From NCBI GenBank assembly GCA_947588995.1, contig CANPZI010000003.1, positions 128,180 to 192,179 of the forward strand: a stretch of DNA of 64,000 nucleotides, given 5' to 3'. Positions 46,527 through 56,795 of this stretch are shown here, piece by piece. The position numbers were made by a program, and so were the translations under genes. How positions within the stretch are numbered: the first letter of the stretch is position 1; the number at the start of each line of letters is the position of its first letter. The DNA is from an uncultured Lachnospiraceae bacterium (GTDB taxonomy: Bacteria; Bacillota; Clostridia; Lachnospirales; Lachnospiraceae). The notes beneath the pieces were generated by a model. It saw nothing but the letters and a program-made list of their open reading frames with translations. It made no database searches and had not been told where the DNA came from.

Positions 46527-48059
46527 TCACAGTAGCGGCGAAAAAAGCTTTAGAATCGGGCCGATCACATTGCTCTTGACAAATTTTTTTCTGCACCACT
46601 CCATCGTGATCAGCTCCGACACGCCAAACGTCTCCTCCATATCTCTCTTCAGATCCCGTATGGCGTCTACGCGGTACAGAAACACACCGCATTCAAAATG
46701 GTGGTAAAAACTGCGGTAATCAAAATTGATCGTCCCCACGACCGCCGATTCGTCGTCGCACAGCACGCACTTGGAATGCAGGAAACCGGGCGTATACTGA
46801 TAGATCTTCACGCCCGCCTCGACCAGAGTCTGATAGTTGGACTGGGTCAGCCAGTAGATCGTCTTCTTGTCCGGCACGCCCGGCGTCACGATACGCACGT
46901 CCACGCCCCGCTTGGCCGCCAGCTTGAGCGCTGTGACGACCTCGCTGTCCGTGACCAGATAGGGCGTAAAAATATACACATATTTCACGGCGCTCCCAAT
47001 CATGTTCAGATAGACGTTCTCACCGACCAGCTCCCCGTCCAGCGGCGCGTCCATATAGGGCTGCACATAGCCTGTCCTTTCAGGCCGCGTCACGAACCGA
47101 TGGAAATACCTGCTGTAATCATCCTCTGTGTAGCGGACCATATTCCACATCTGCAGAAACATCGCCGTAAAATTCCGCACGGCCTCTCCTTCGATGCGGA
47201 TGCCGGCGTCTTTCCAGTAACCGCCGTGAGGATGTGTGTAGTTGATATACTCGTCCGATATATTGATACCGCCCGTGTAGCCCACCCTGCCGTCGATCAC
47301 GGCGATCTTCCTGTGATCCCTGTTGTTCAGGATCAGCGCCATAACCGGGATGATGCGGTTGAAAGCGATGCACTTGATCCCCTTCTTCTCCATGACCTCA
47401 TCATAATTCTTCGGGAGAACGAAGACGCTGCCGACATCGTCATAGATCAGGCGCACCTCCACGCCTTCCCTGACCTTGCGCTCCAGGATTTCCAGCACCG
47501 CGTTCCACATTGTGCCTTCTCCCAGAATAAAGTATTCGAGGAAGATAAACTCTTTCGCCTGTTCCAGATCTTCCAGCAGCTTTTTCCAGTACGGAATCCC
47601 GTCCGCATAGTAATCCGCCGCTGTACGGTCCCATACGGGCATCTCCGCATAGCCGAGAATGTAGGCGCACTGATTGGCGGTATCCGTGCTCTCCCGTCTC
47701 AGCCTGTCCATGATTTCCGTCTCCTGATGGAGACTCTGCCCGATATGGCGGGATGTCTGCTCCCACCCCCTGCGCAGTCTGCCGGGCAGAAACACATGGC
47801 CAAAAGCAAGATACATGATGCCGCCGAGCAGCGGAAACAGCAGGATCGGCACGACCCAGGCCAGCTTGACTGCCGGATCGTTCGATCTGAGAATGATCGC
47901 GACCACCGCGCCGAGGCTGATAAGCCGCAGGACGATCGCAATCGCCACATAATAATTGCTCCAGCGGAAAATCTCCAGCATGAAAAACCCGATCTGAAGC
48001 GCCACCAGAAAACCGGTAATCACTACCCTGTTCAGGGCCAGATGCAAAAATTTTCTCAT
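46527..48059 (-). CDS. cls: cardiolipin synthase
   Basis: Two HKD motifs (HRKIAVIDG..GG.N; LHSKCVLCDD), N-terminal TM pair, 510 aa. Confidence 0.9.
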   Translation of the reverse strand: MRKFLHLALNRVVITGFLVALQIGFFMLEIFRWSNYYVAIAIVLRLISLGAVVAIILRSNDPAVKLAWVVPILLFPLLGGIMYLAFGHVFLPGRLRRGWEQTSRHIGQSLHQETEIMDRLRRESTDTANQCAYILGYAEMPVWDRTAADYYADGIPYWKKLLEDLEQAKEFIFLEYFILGEGTMWNAVLEILERKVREGVEVRLIYDDVGSVFVLPKNYDEVMEKKGIKCIAFNRIIPVMALILNNRDHRKIAVIDGRVGYTGGINISDEYINYTHPHGGYWKDAGIRIEGEAVRNFTAMFLQMWNMVRYTEDDYSRYFHRFVTRPERTGYVQPYMDAPLDGELVGENVYLNMIGSAVKYVYIFTPYLVTDSEVVTALKLAAKRGVDVRIVTPGVPDKKTIYWLTQSNYQTLVEAGVKIYQYTPGFLHSKCVLCDDESAVVGTINFDYRSFYHHFECGVFLYRVDAIRDLKRDMEETFGVSELITMEWCRKKFVKSNVIGPILKLFSPLL

Positions 48060-48256
48060 CGTACCAATCCGCTTCCCTGTGTCCTTCCCGCAGGGAACTT
48101 ATTACAGTATCATATCACAAAACGGCATAGTGCGCAAATACCGCCCGAAATGTCTTCTGCCCGGCCGGACCCGCGCTTTTTCCCACAGGCCAAGACAGGG
48201 ACTGCCGGCACATGATCTCTCACATGCCGGCAGTCCCCAGTCACGCATCCCCACGG

Positions 48257-48499
48257 CTAATCTTCCCGTACCAGATACGGCGCAATCGCGGCTTCCACCT
48301 CCGCGATCCTGTCGTTCGTCTCCAGAATCCTGAACTCCACGTTCTTCGACAGATCCATGGAGAAAATGCCCATGATGGATTTCGCATCGATCACGTATCT
48401 GCCGGACACCAGATCGAAATATCCGTCAAATCCCACAATCGCGGTGACAAATCCCTTGACCCTCTCAATCGAGTTCAGGTCCAATATGTAACTTTTCAT
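48257..48499 (-). CDS. HPr-like protein lacking the phospho-histidine
   Basis: 80 aa. DAKSIMGIFSMDL matches the HPr Ser46 region. The His15 loop reads LNSIERV instead of G-I/L-H-A-R-P-A. GAGG RBS before the ATG at 48499. Confidence 0.65.
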   Translation of the reverse strand: MKSYILDLNSIERVKGFVTAIVGFDGYFDLVSGRYVIDAKSIMGIFSMDLSKNVEFRILETNDRIAEVEAAIAPYLVRED

Positions 48500-48579
48500 T
48501 CCGCATACCTCATCCCTCTTCTTCCGGGAATTCCACCTACACAAGTATATAGTCATTCTCTCATTTTTGCAATGAGAAA

Positions 48580-50355
48580 TTATTCCCGGGCCTCCAAAGC
48601 GCGGATTTTCCTGATCAGGATGCCGTTGTGCAGCAGCGTGTTGTCAATATAATGCCTGGCGAACAGAATCTCTCCCTCACGCGCGATCTCCACGTCCTCC
48701 TCCTCGCAGTTGATGATGACCTCCACATAATTGTCCAGCCAGCCGATCTTGTTAAACTCGATCACCCGCGGCCTGTTGATCTTATTCGGAAAATGGAAGT
48801 TGCGGCTTCTGAGCAGCGGTTCACTCTGCCGCAGCTTCAGCAGACTTTTGACGATCCGAATCCGCTCGTCATAGACGCCGCTCTCAATCTCCGTCCATGG
48901 CATACACCGGCGGCAGTCCGGATCATGACCGCCTTCCATGGCAAGTTCCGTGCCATAGTAGATGCACGGAGAACCCGGCATGGTGAACAGCACCGCCAGC
49001 TGCTGAAAATACTCGTCCAGATTCTTCACGTCGCTCCGGAGACGCTTTGTGTCGTGGGAATCCAGCAGATTGAACAGCACGTCGTTGGTCTGCTGCATAT
49101 AACCCGTGTAACAGCGGTTGATCGTGAACTCGAAGTCCTCATTGGTCAGGCTCTTATCGATCCAGAAATCCTTGATGCTCTCCCCGAGCGGGTAATTCAT
49201 GACCGCGTCAAACTCGTCTCCCCTCAGCCACGGCATCGCGTCGTGCCAGATCTCGCCCAGAATATAGATGTCCGGCTTGATCGCCTTTAAGCGCGCGCGC
49301 AGTTCTTTGCACAGCGCATGGGAAATCTCGTTCGCCACATCCAGCCTGATGCCGTCCACGTCATAATTTTTCACCCAGTTCTCACAGACGCCGATCAGGT
49401 ATTCCCGCACCTTCGGATTGTTCGTATTTAACTTCGGCATCCGGTCGAAGAACGCGAACGTATAATACTGCTTTGCCCGCGCGCAGCCGCCATCCTCACG
49501 GAAAGGCCACTCGTTTACCATGAACCAGTCCCAGTAAGCGGACTGAGGTCCTTTCTCTTTCACGTCCTGCCACGGCGCAAAATATTCTCCGCTGTGGTTA
49601 AAGACGCCGTCCAGCATCACGCGGATCCCCCGCGCGTGCGCTTCCCGCACCAGCGTCTTCATCGTCTCTTCCGTGCCGAAATGCGGATCAACTTTCGTGT
49701 AATCGGTGGTGTCGTACTTGTGGGAGGAGGGCGCCTCATTGATGGGGGTCAGGTACAGTCCCGACACGCCAAGATCTCTGATATAATCCAGTTTATCGAT
49801 GATCCCCTGCAGATCCCCGCCAAAAAATTCCTGATTCGTCACCGACCCTCTTTCCCGCCACGGCAGAGTTCCCTCAGGGTCATTGGAGGGATCGCCGTTG
49901 CGGAAACGCTCGGGAAAAATCTGATACCAGATCGTCTCGTTCACCCAGGCAGGCGTCACGGGAATGTCGGCCGGATTCATCCACGGGAATACGAAGCACT
50001 GCCTGCTCCTGCCCTCCAGCCCCATCTGCTCCTCGGACACAAAACCGTCCTCAAAATAAAACCATTTTTCATTCTCCGTCTGCAGTTCAAAATAATATTT
50101 TAAGCGCTTATATTCCGGCCTGATCGTCGTCGTCCACCAGAGCTGGTTCTTCAGCCGCTTCTTAAAAGGGATATTGACCGCATCCCCGCTCCAGTTCTCG
50201 CCGCCGCCCAGAATGCCGGCCTTAAAAGGATCGCCCTGTACCAGATTGACATACTTCACATCATAACCCGTTCTGATGTTGATGACCAGCTGGTCCTCGT
50301 CCAGAGGATAACAGTAATTGTCGTTTGCCCTGTGATATACCGCGTTGAAATCCAT
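48580..50355 (-). CDS. GH13 alpha-amylase family enzyme (neopullulanase/cyclomaltodextrinase-like)
   Basis: Conserved regions DGVFNHSG, GIRLDVANE, ILGEIWHD, NLLDSHDTKR, plus an N-terminal Ig-like domain. AAGGAGG RBS before the ATG at 50355. Confidence 0.88.
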   Translation of the reverse strand: MDFNAVYHRANDNYCYPLDEDQLVINIRTGYDVKYVNLVQGDPFKAGILGGGENWSGDAVNIPFKKRLKNQLWWTTTIRPEYKRLKYYFELQTENEKWFYFEDGFVSEEQMGLEGRSRQCFVFPWMNPADIPVTPAWVNETIWYQIFPERFRNGDPSNDPEGTLPWRERGSVTNQEFFGGDLQGIIDKLDYIRDLGVSGLYLTPINEAPSSHKYDTTDYTKVDPHFGTEETMKTLVREAHARGIRVMLDGVFNHSGEYFAPWQDVKEKGPQSAYWDWFMVNEWPFREDGGCARAKQYYTFAFFDRMPKLNTNNPKVREYLIGVCENWVKNYDVDGIRLDVANEISHALCKELRARLKAIKPDIYILGEIWHDAMPWLRGDEFDAVMNYPLGESIKDFWIDKSLTNEDFEFTINRCYTGYMQQTNDVLFNLLDSHDTKRLRSDVKNLDEYFQQLAVLFTMPGSPCIYYGTELAMEGGHDPDCRRCMPWTEIESGVYDERIRIVKSLLKLRQSEPLLRSRNFHFPNKINRPRVIEFNKIGWLDNYVEVIINCEEEDVEIAREGEILFARHYIDNTLLHNGILIRKIRALEARE

Positions 50356-50470
50356 CTTTTCCTCCTTTCCGGAGCGTTCACGCTCCTCGTCTGCCGCCGC
50401 AGAGAAAACGTTTTCCATCTACGCTAAAATCATAATATAACGATACGGAAATTGCAAGCACAAAATAAAG

Positions 50471-52477
50471 TCACAGGATCAGGCAGCCGATCTGATAAAA
50501 GACAAACGCCACGAGCCAGGCCACGCCGCACTGCATACACACGATCCCAAACGTCTTCCACGCGGAGCCGGTCTCCCGTCTGATGGTCGCCACCGCCGCC
50601 ACACAGGGGGTATACAGCAGCGTGAACACCAGATAGCTGGCCGCCGAGAGCGGGGTGAACAGGGTGCCCAGCGTCTCGCCGAGGTGTGACATGCCGGTTC
50701 CCGTCAGCACGCTCAAGGTGCTGACCACCGCTTCCTTGGCGCTGAAACCGCTGATCAGCGCCGTCGCCGCCCGCCAGTCGCCGAAGCCGAGCGGCATAAA
50801 GAGCGGCGCGATCAGTTTGCCGATCATGGCGAGCAGGCTCTCCCCGGAGTCCGTCACCACATTGAGCCGCATGTCAAAAGTCTGCAGGAACCAGATGATG
50901 AGCGTAGCGATAAAGATGATCGTGAAAGCCCGCTGGATGAAATCTTTGGCCTTGTCCCACATCAGAAGAGCCACGCTCTTGGCCGAGGGAAAGCGATAGT
51001 TGGGCAGTTCCATCACAAAAGGCATGGGTTTGCCGTTAAAGAGCGTCCGGCGCAGGATCACGGCGCTGACAATTCCCACCGCAATGCCGAGCGCGTACAG
51101 CCCGATCATGACAAGCGCCTGGTACTTTCGGAAAAAAGCCGCCGCAAACAGCGCGTAAATCGGAATCTTGGCGGAACAGCTGATGAAAGGAATCAGCATA
51201 ATCGTCATCCTCCTGTCCCGCTCGGAGGAGAGCGTCCTGGTGGACATGACCGCCGGCACGCTGCAGCCGAAGCCGATCAGCATGGAGACAAAGCTCTTGC
51301 CGGACAGGCCGATTTTTCTCAAGGGTCTGTCCATCACAAAAGCAATCCTCGCCATATAACCGGAATCCTCCAGAATGGACAGGAAGAAAAACAACACCAC
51401 GATAATCGGCAGAAAACTCAGCACGCTGCCGACACCCGCAAAGATACCGTCGATCACCAGACTCTCCACCACCGGATTGATGCCGTATGTTTCGAGCGCG
51501 CCCTGCACCGCCCCGGCCAGTCTGTCGATCCCCAGGCTCAGCAGATCACTCAGATACGTGCCGATCACCCCGAACGTCAGCCAGAACACAAGCAGCATGA
51601 TCGCCAGGAAAGACGGTATCGCCAGATACTTGTTCGTCAGCACGCTGTCGATGCGCACGCTCCTCCTGTGCTCCTTACTCTCCCTGCACTTGATGACCGC
51701 CTGTGCGCAGACTTTTTCGATAAAGGCGTAGCGCATATCCGCAAGCGCCGCGTTGCGGTCCATGCCGCTGTCCCGTTCCATCTCCACAATGCTGTGCTCC
51801 ATCAGGTCCAGCTCATTGTCCGACAGCTGCAGGCTCTCGATGATATCATGATCTCCCTCCACGATCTTGGTCGCGGCGAATCGCGGCGAGATGCCGACGC
51901 GCTCCGCATGGTCCTCCACCTGATGGCTGACCGCATGGATACATCTGTGCACCGGCCCTTTCTCACAGAAATCCGTCACTTTCGGATAAATGCGCCTGGA
52001 CGAGACTTCTTTGACCGCGCTGATCAGATCCTCGATTCCCTCGTTCTTCACCGCGCTTATGGCGACCACCGGTATGCCCAGCGCCTCCTCCATTTTGGCG
52101 ATGTCGATTGTCCCGCCGTTGCCCCGCACCTCGTCCATCATATTCAGGGCCAGAACCATCGGAATGTGCATTTCCAGAAGCTGCAGCGTCAGATACAGAT
52201 TCCGCTCAATATTGGTGGCATCCACAATATTGATGATGCCGTCGGGGCGCTCCTTTAACAAAAACCGCCTCGTCACCAGTTCCTCGTTGGTATAAGGGCG
52301 TATTGAATAGATGCCGGGCAGATCCACCACCGCATCCCCTTTTTCCCCGCGTATTTCGCCCATCTTGGAGTCCACCGTCACGCCCGGAAAATTCCCGACG
52401 TGCTGATTTGATCCCGTCAGCTGATTAAAAAGTGTCGTCTTGCCGCAATTCTGATTTCCTGCCAATGCGTATATCAT
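50471..52477 (-). CDS. feoB: ferrous iron transporter FeoB
   Basis: G domain GNQNCGKTTLFN, DLPG, then the polytopic permease. 668 aa. Confidence 0.92.
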   Translation of the reverse strand: MIYALAGNQNCGKTTLFNQLTGSNQHVGNFPGVTVDSKMGEIRGEKGDAVVDLPGIYSIRPYTNEELVTRRFLLKERPDGIINIVDATNIERNLYLTLQLLEMHIPMVLALNMMDEVRGNGGTIDIAKMEEALGIPVVAISAVKNEGIEDLISAVKEVSSRRIYPKVTDFCEKGPVHRCIHAVSHQVEDHAERVGISPRFAATKIVEGDHDIIESLQLSDNELDLMEHSIVEMERDSGMDRNAALADMRYAFIEKVCAQAVIKCRESKEHRRSVRIDSVLTNKYLAIPSFLAIMLLVFWLTFGVIGTYLSDLLSLGIDRLAGAVQGALETYGINPVVESLVIDGIFAGVGSVLSFLPIIVVLFFFLSILEDSGYMARIAFVMDRPLRKIGLSGKSFVSMLIGFGCSVPAVMSTRTLSSERDRRMTIMLIPFISCSAKIPIYALFAAAFFRKYQALVMIGLYALGIAVGIVSAVILRRTLFNGKPMPFVMELPNYRFPSAKSVALLMWDKAKDFIQRAFTIIFIATLIIWFLQTFDMRLNVVTDSGESLLAMIGKLIAPLFMPLGFGDWRAATALISGFSAKEAVVSTLSVLTGTGMSHLGETLGTLFTPLSAASYLVFTLLYTPCVAAVATIRRETGSAWKTFGIVCMQCGVAWLVAFVFYQIGCLIL

Positions 52478-52486
52478 AGTTTGTCC

Positions 52487-53422
52487 TCAATCGTTAGCGT
52501 ATACGTGCTTAAATGCCCTGTATGTCCTGCCGATCCCTTCCGCAAAGTCCGTGTAGACCACGCCGAGTTCCCGCCTGCTCCTCCCATTGTCGCACAGCTG
52601 CGTCTCACCGGCCGTCGCCGGAAAAGGAAGCGGTGCCTGCCCCGCCTCCGCCTGCGCCACCGTGAACGGCACCCGCAAAAGCGCGTTCCTGACCTCCGGC
52701 TCCGCCGCCGCTTCAAGCGCCTGCAGGAAACTGCCGTAAGTCATGATCTCGTCCTGACACAGATTGTATGCCTGTCCATACGCCCGCTCATTGCCAATCG
52801 CGCGCAGGGCGGCCTGCGCCGCGTCTTTTACATAGACACACTGGAACTTCCCGTCCGCGTCCGTGTAGTGCGGAAGCACATGATTCTGCAGCATCATCTG
52901 TATATAGACGGATTCTCTGGGCGCATAATTGTATGGCCCGTAGAGGATCGCAGGACGCAGGATCGTGTACGGGATCTTCCTCTCACCGCAAACGCGCGCC
53001 GTCTCCCGCTCCAGAGCGACTTTGCCGGCGATATAGTCTCCGGCCTCCCCGCCGAACCTGCGCTCCTCCAGCCGGTACTCCTCCGTCCTGATGCCGCCTT
53101 CTCCGCGCTCGTACACATCCACCGTGCTGATCAGAACATACTGTTTCGTCCTGCCCGGGACGCCGTCAAGCACGGCCTGTACATCGCCCGGCCGGTAGGC
53201 ACAGAAATCAATGACGGCGTCATAGTCCTCTCCGCAGGCCGCAAGCGCCTCTGCATCATGTCTGTCTCCCGTCACCTGCCTGACGCCAAACTGCGCCATC
53301 GAATAGGTCCCGCGGTTTAAGAGCGTGATATCGAATTCTTCCTCTTTGGCCGCCTCCATGACAAACACCCTGCCATAGAAATAGCTGCCGCCGATCACCA
53401 GCAGTTTTCGCTTATTCTTCAT
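52487..53422 (-). CDS. NAD-dependent epimerase/dehydratase family protein
   Basis: LLVIGGSYFYGRVF Rossmann start, 311 aa. GAGGAG RBS before the ATG at 53422. The upstream extension of the tracked ORF is rejected. Confidence 0.7.
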   Translation of the reverse strand: MKNKRKLLVIGGSYFYGRVFVMEAAKEEEFDITLLNRGTYSMAQFGVRQVTGDRHDAEALAACGEDYDAVIDFCAYRPGDVQAVLDGVPGRTKQYVLISTVDVYERGEGGIRTEEYRLEERRFGGEAGDYIAGKVALERETARVCGERKIPYTILRPAILYGPYNYAPRESVYIQMMLQNHVLPHYTDADGKFQCVYVKDAAQAALRAIGNERAYGQAYNLCQDEIMTYGSFLQALEAAAEPEVRNALLRVPFTVAQAEAGQAPLPFPATAGETQLCDNGRSRRELGVVYTDFAEGIGRTYRAFKHVYAND

Positions 53423-53499
53423 CGTCTCCTCGTTTCCGCCCGTTCTCACTGACGGTCCGCCTTTCCATCTTCTGCCCTCTATGCTTTCAGCTCCGGCAG

Positions 53500-54333
53500 T
53501 TACAGAAAAGGATTGTAATATCTGCTGCCGTCCCAGAACGTCACCAGCAGATCGACCGCAAGAATCACCACAGCCAGAATGGCCACAATCCAGTCGCTCC
53601 TCTGCATCCTGCGCAGATTGTACCACGTTCTCTTCCTATTCCTGCCAAAGCCCCGAAGTTCCATGGCGTTGCTGACCGTCTCGATGCGGTTTAAGCTGGA
53701 CAGCACCAGCGGCAGCAGGATTGCCACCGAATTTTTCATTCTCGTGAGCAGCTTATCCTTGCCTGACAGATCGATGCCTCTCGCCTGCTGCGCCTGGCTG
53801 ATATTGTGATACTCCCGCTGTATGTCCGGTATATAGCGCAGTGCCAGGCTCACCGAGTAGCCGATCCGATAGCTGACGCCGATGCTCGCCAGCGACGAGG
53901 CAAACTCACTGGGATCGGTGCAGGCGATGAAAAGAAGCGCGATCGGCACGACGCACACCACTTTCATCGTCATATTCAGATGATAGAACAACTGCTGCAG
54001 CGTGACCGTATAGGGCCCGGCGATAGTGAAGAGAAGCGTCCTGCTCTGATACAGCCCGACCCCGTATTCCGGCGAAAACAGATAGACGAACAGATTGTTC
54101 ATGAACAGGAATACCGCCGCCAGACCCAGCACGAAGCTGATATCCCGGACTCTGATCCTGCTGGCCCGAAAAATCGCGATGCTAAACAGCAGCATGCAGA
54201 CCAGCACCCGCGTATCATAGGTCACCATCGAGGCCACGCTCCACGCCAGGAAAAAGACCAGCTTCGTCCTGCCCGTCAGCCCGTGTACAAAGCTGTCCCT
54301 CTTAATATAACTCAGGATCGCAATCCTTGCCAT
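53500..54333 (-). CDS. ecfT: ECF transporter transmembrane (T) component
   Basis: 277 aa, polytopic. Coupling-helix Ala-Arg-Gly motif (AQQARGID). Abuts the ATPase gene. Confidence 0.85.
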   Translation of the reverse strand: MARIAILSYIKRDSFVHGLTGRTKLVFFLAWSVASMVTYDTRVLVCMLLFSIAIFRASRIRVRDISFVLGLAAVFLFMNNLFVYLFSPEYGVGLYQSRTLLFTIAGPYTVTLQQLFYHLNMTMKVVCVVPIALLFIACTDPSEFASSLASIGVSYRIGYSVSLALRYIPDIQREYHNISQAQQARGIDLSGKDKLLTRMKNSVAILLPLVLSSLNRIETVSNAMELRGFGRNRKRTWYNLRRMQRSDWIVAILAVVILAVDLLVTFWDGSRYYNPFL

Positions 54334-56043
54334 CTAGCGCACCTCCTTTTGCTCATAGCCGATAAAGCACTCCGTGAACGTCTGCGGCTCGTCGATGCCG
54401 CAGGCCATGCTGAGTGTATACAGACTCGTCTCTTTTAAGTTCGCCGCCCGAACCAGATCGGGGTCATTCAGCACATGCGCCGCCGTCGTATCCGCCAACA
54501 TCCTGCCCTCGCTGAACACGATCGCTCTGGGCGTATACTCGAGCATCAGGTGCATATCGTGTGTGATCATCAGTATCGTGTAGCCCTGTTCATTCAGCCC
54601 TTTCAGGAAATCCATGATCTCCGTGTAATGGCGGTAGTCCTGCCCGGCCGTCGGCTCGTCCAGGATAATCATCCGCGGGCGCTGCACCAGGATACTGGCT
54701 ATCGTCACGCGCTTTTTCTGCCCGAAAGACAGTGCCGACACCGGCCAATTTCTGAAAGGATACAGGCCGCACACCCGCAGAGTCTCCTCTACCCGCTCTT
54801 TTCTCTCCTCTTTCGGCATACCGCTCTGTACCAGCGCCATCTCCACCTCATCCCAGATCATCGGTTTGGAGATCATCTGGTTCGGGTTCTGCATCACATA
54901 GCCGATAGAGGCCGCCCGCTCCTTGATGGTATCGCCGGACAGATCTCTGTTTTCCATCAAAATAGTACCCGACAGCGGTGTCTCGAAGCCGCAGATCAGC
55001 TTCGCCAGCGTGCTCTTGCCTGCGCCGTTGCGCCCGACGATGCTGACCATCTCGCCCTTATGTACCGCAAAGCTCACGTCCTGCAGTGTGCGCTGCCCGG
55101 CCGTATAGCCAAAATCCAGATGCTCTACCCTGAGCAGTTCTTCTCCCGCCTCTCTTCGGCTGACCTGAGATTTCTGCGCCTGATACCAGTTTCGCACTTT
55201 CTCCTTGTCTTCCTCGGCAAGCAGAAGCTTTTCCACATGTTCCGGGTGCATCTTCTCGCTGATCTCCACGCCGGCATAGCGAAGCGCCGTCAGATACAGC
55301 GGTTCCCTGATGCCGTGCTCAATAAGCGCCCTGCCAGACAACAGGGCAGCCACCGGCATATCCGCTATGATCCGCCCCTCGTCCATCAGCACGATACGGT
55401 CCATGCTGCGCCACAGGACATCTTCCAGACGGTGCTCGATTATGATAATGGCCGCGCCCGTCCGCTCGTGCACCATGTCGATCAGTTCAATCGTCGCTCT
55501 GCCTGCCGCGGGATCGAGATTGGCCAGCGGCTCGTCAAAGAGCAGGGCCTTCACATCCTCCACCATGACGCCCGCCAGGCTCACCCGCTGCTTCTGTCCG
55601 CCTGACAGTTCATGCGGCGCATACTCCAGATGATGATCGATATCCACCAGCTTCGCCACGCGATTCACGAGCTCTTTCATCTCATCCTGCGGCACGCAGT
55701 TGTTCTCCGGTGCAAAAGCGATATCCTCTCCCACCGTCAGCCCGATAAACTGTCCGTCCGTGTCCTGCAGTACCGTGCCAACCGTGTGGCTCAGTTCAAA
55801 GATGCTGCTCTTGTCCGGCTCTTTGCCGCCCACAAGAAGTGTTCCCGTCTTTTTGCCCGGATAGGCAAAGGGAATCAGGCCGTTGATACAGCTGCCGATC
55901 GTGCTCTTGCCGCTCCCGGACGTGCCCGCGATGAGCACTTTCTCGCCCGGATAGATGTCGAGATTGATGTGGTGCAGCGTGGGAGCTGCCTGTGCCATAT
56001 ACTGAAAACCGTAATCCTGAAAGGATATAATGGGATCTGCCAT
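54334..56043 (-). CDS. fused tandem ECF/ABC ATPase (EcfA1-EcfA2-like, YkoD type)
   Basis: Two Walker A boxes (GTSGSGKST; GRNGAGKST), two LSGGQ-type signatures (LSGGQKQR; LSFGQKKR), two Walker B boxes. AAGGAG RBS before the ATG at 56043. Confidence 0.9.
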   Translation of the reverse strand: MADPIISFQDYGFQYMAQAAPTLHHINLDIYPGEKVLIAGTSGSGKSTIGSCINGLIPFAYPGKKTGTLLVGGKEPDKSSIFELSHTVGTVLQDTDGQFIGLTVGEDIAFAPENNCVPQDEMKELVNRVAKLVDIDHHLEYAPHELSGGQKQRVSLAGVMVEDVKALLFDEPLANLDPAAGRATIELIDMVHERTGAAIIIIEHRLEDVLWRSMDRIVLMDEGRIIADMPVAALLSGRALIEHGIREPLYLTALRYAGVEISEKMHPEHVEKLLLAEEDKEKVRNWYQAQKSQVSRREAGEELLRVEHLDFGYTAGQRTLQDVSFAVHKGEMVSIVGRNGAGKSTLAKLICGFETPLSGTILMENRDLSGDTIKERAASIGYVMQNPNQMISKPMIWDEVEMALVQSGMPKEERKERVEETLRVCGLYPFRNWPVSALSFGQKKRVTIASILVQRPRMIILDEPTAGQDYRHYTEIMDFLKGLNEQGYTILMITHDMHLMLEYTPRAIVFSEGRMLADTTAAHVLNDPDLVRAANLKETSLYTLSMACGIDEPQTFTECFIGYEQKEVR

Positions 56044-56132
56044 TTCCGTGCTCCTTTGCCAGCTTGGCTCATTGCTCGCGTAAAAAAGAGCCGCCGCCTT
56101 AACAGCGGCAGCTCCTGCCATACCTTTACGCT

Positions 56133-56678
56133 TTAGTCTTCCTCTTTTTTCAGAGAGCCTCGCTTCACAACCGTCTCCGCATAAGCGACCAGCAGAAGTG
56201 TGCCGACCACGCCTGTCGTGATGATGTTGGCAACGCCGGCCATCAGACCCTGCGCGAACAGCTTCTCAATCGGCTCACTGTAAATCACGATATCGAGTAC
56301 CGGTGCAATCAGACCCCAGGCGAGCAGATGCGCGATGATCTGCGCTACGTTGAAAGTGACGATCTTCTTCGTGTCAATCCCCTCGCTGATATCCAGCTTC
56401 ATCGTGATCAGACCGATAACCAGACCCACGCACGCGGAAGCGATGATCCAGCTCCACCACGGGCCGTAACTCGTCGCATCGACCAGCGTGTGCCCGATCA
56501 GGCCGATCAGAAGTCCAGCGACCGGTCCGAAGAGCGTCGCGAATACCGCCTCGATCGCGTACTGTAAACTGATGTAGGTGTTCGGAACGGGTGTCGGTAT
56601 GGAAATCTTGCCCAGCACAAAGAACAATGCCGCGCCGATGCCGATTGCGACAACCGTTTTTACGGAAAGTTTTTTCAT
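56133..56678 (-). CDS. ECF transporter S component (UPF0397-like), substrate unknown
   Basis: 181 aa. [32 protein letters not shown]...[10 protein letters not shown] matches the UPF0397 S-component pattern. Confidence 0.8.
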   Translation of the reverse strand: MKKLSVKTVVAIGIGAALFFVLGKISIPTPVPNTYISLQYAIEAVFATLFGPVAGLLIGLIGHTLVDATSYGPWWSWIIASACVGLVIGLITMKLDISEGIDTKKIVTFNVAQIIAHLLAWGLIAPVLDIVIYSEPIEKLFAQGLMAGVANIITTGVVGTLLLVAYAETVVKRGSLKKEED

Positions 56679-56765
56679 AAAGTTCCCTCTCCTTTACTCT
56701 TGTCTTCCTGAAATTTTTTATCTGCCGTCCGCATGTGTCAGGCGCCCGGACGAATTACCATGTCT

Positions 56766-56795
56766 ATTATAGACTGCCTGTCCGCGGGATGTCAA
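56766..56795 (-). promoter_or_regulatory. candidate sigma-A promoter for the ECF operon
   Basis: Minus strand: TTGACA (56795..56790), 18 nt, TATAAT (56771..56766). Leaves a leader of about 80 nt. Confidence 0.55.

Noticed and set aside
52474-52716. 80-aa ORF upstream of feoB, considered as a candidate FeoA.
   Set aside because: It is extremely Arg-rich (MKRRRSRRSGTRFCGCRSRWRRRRRGRH...). It overlaps the 3' end of the epimerase gene in another frame and has no SH3-like FeoA features.
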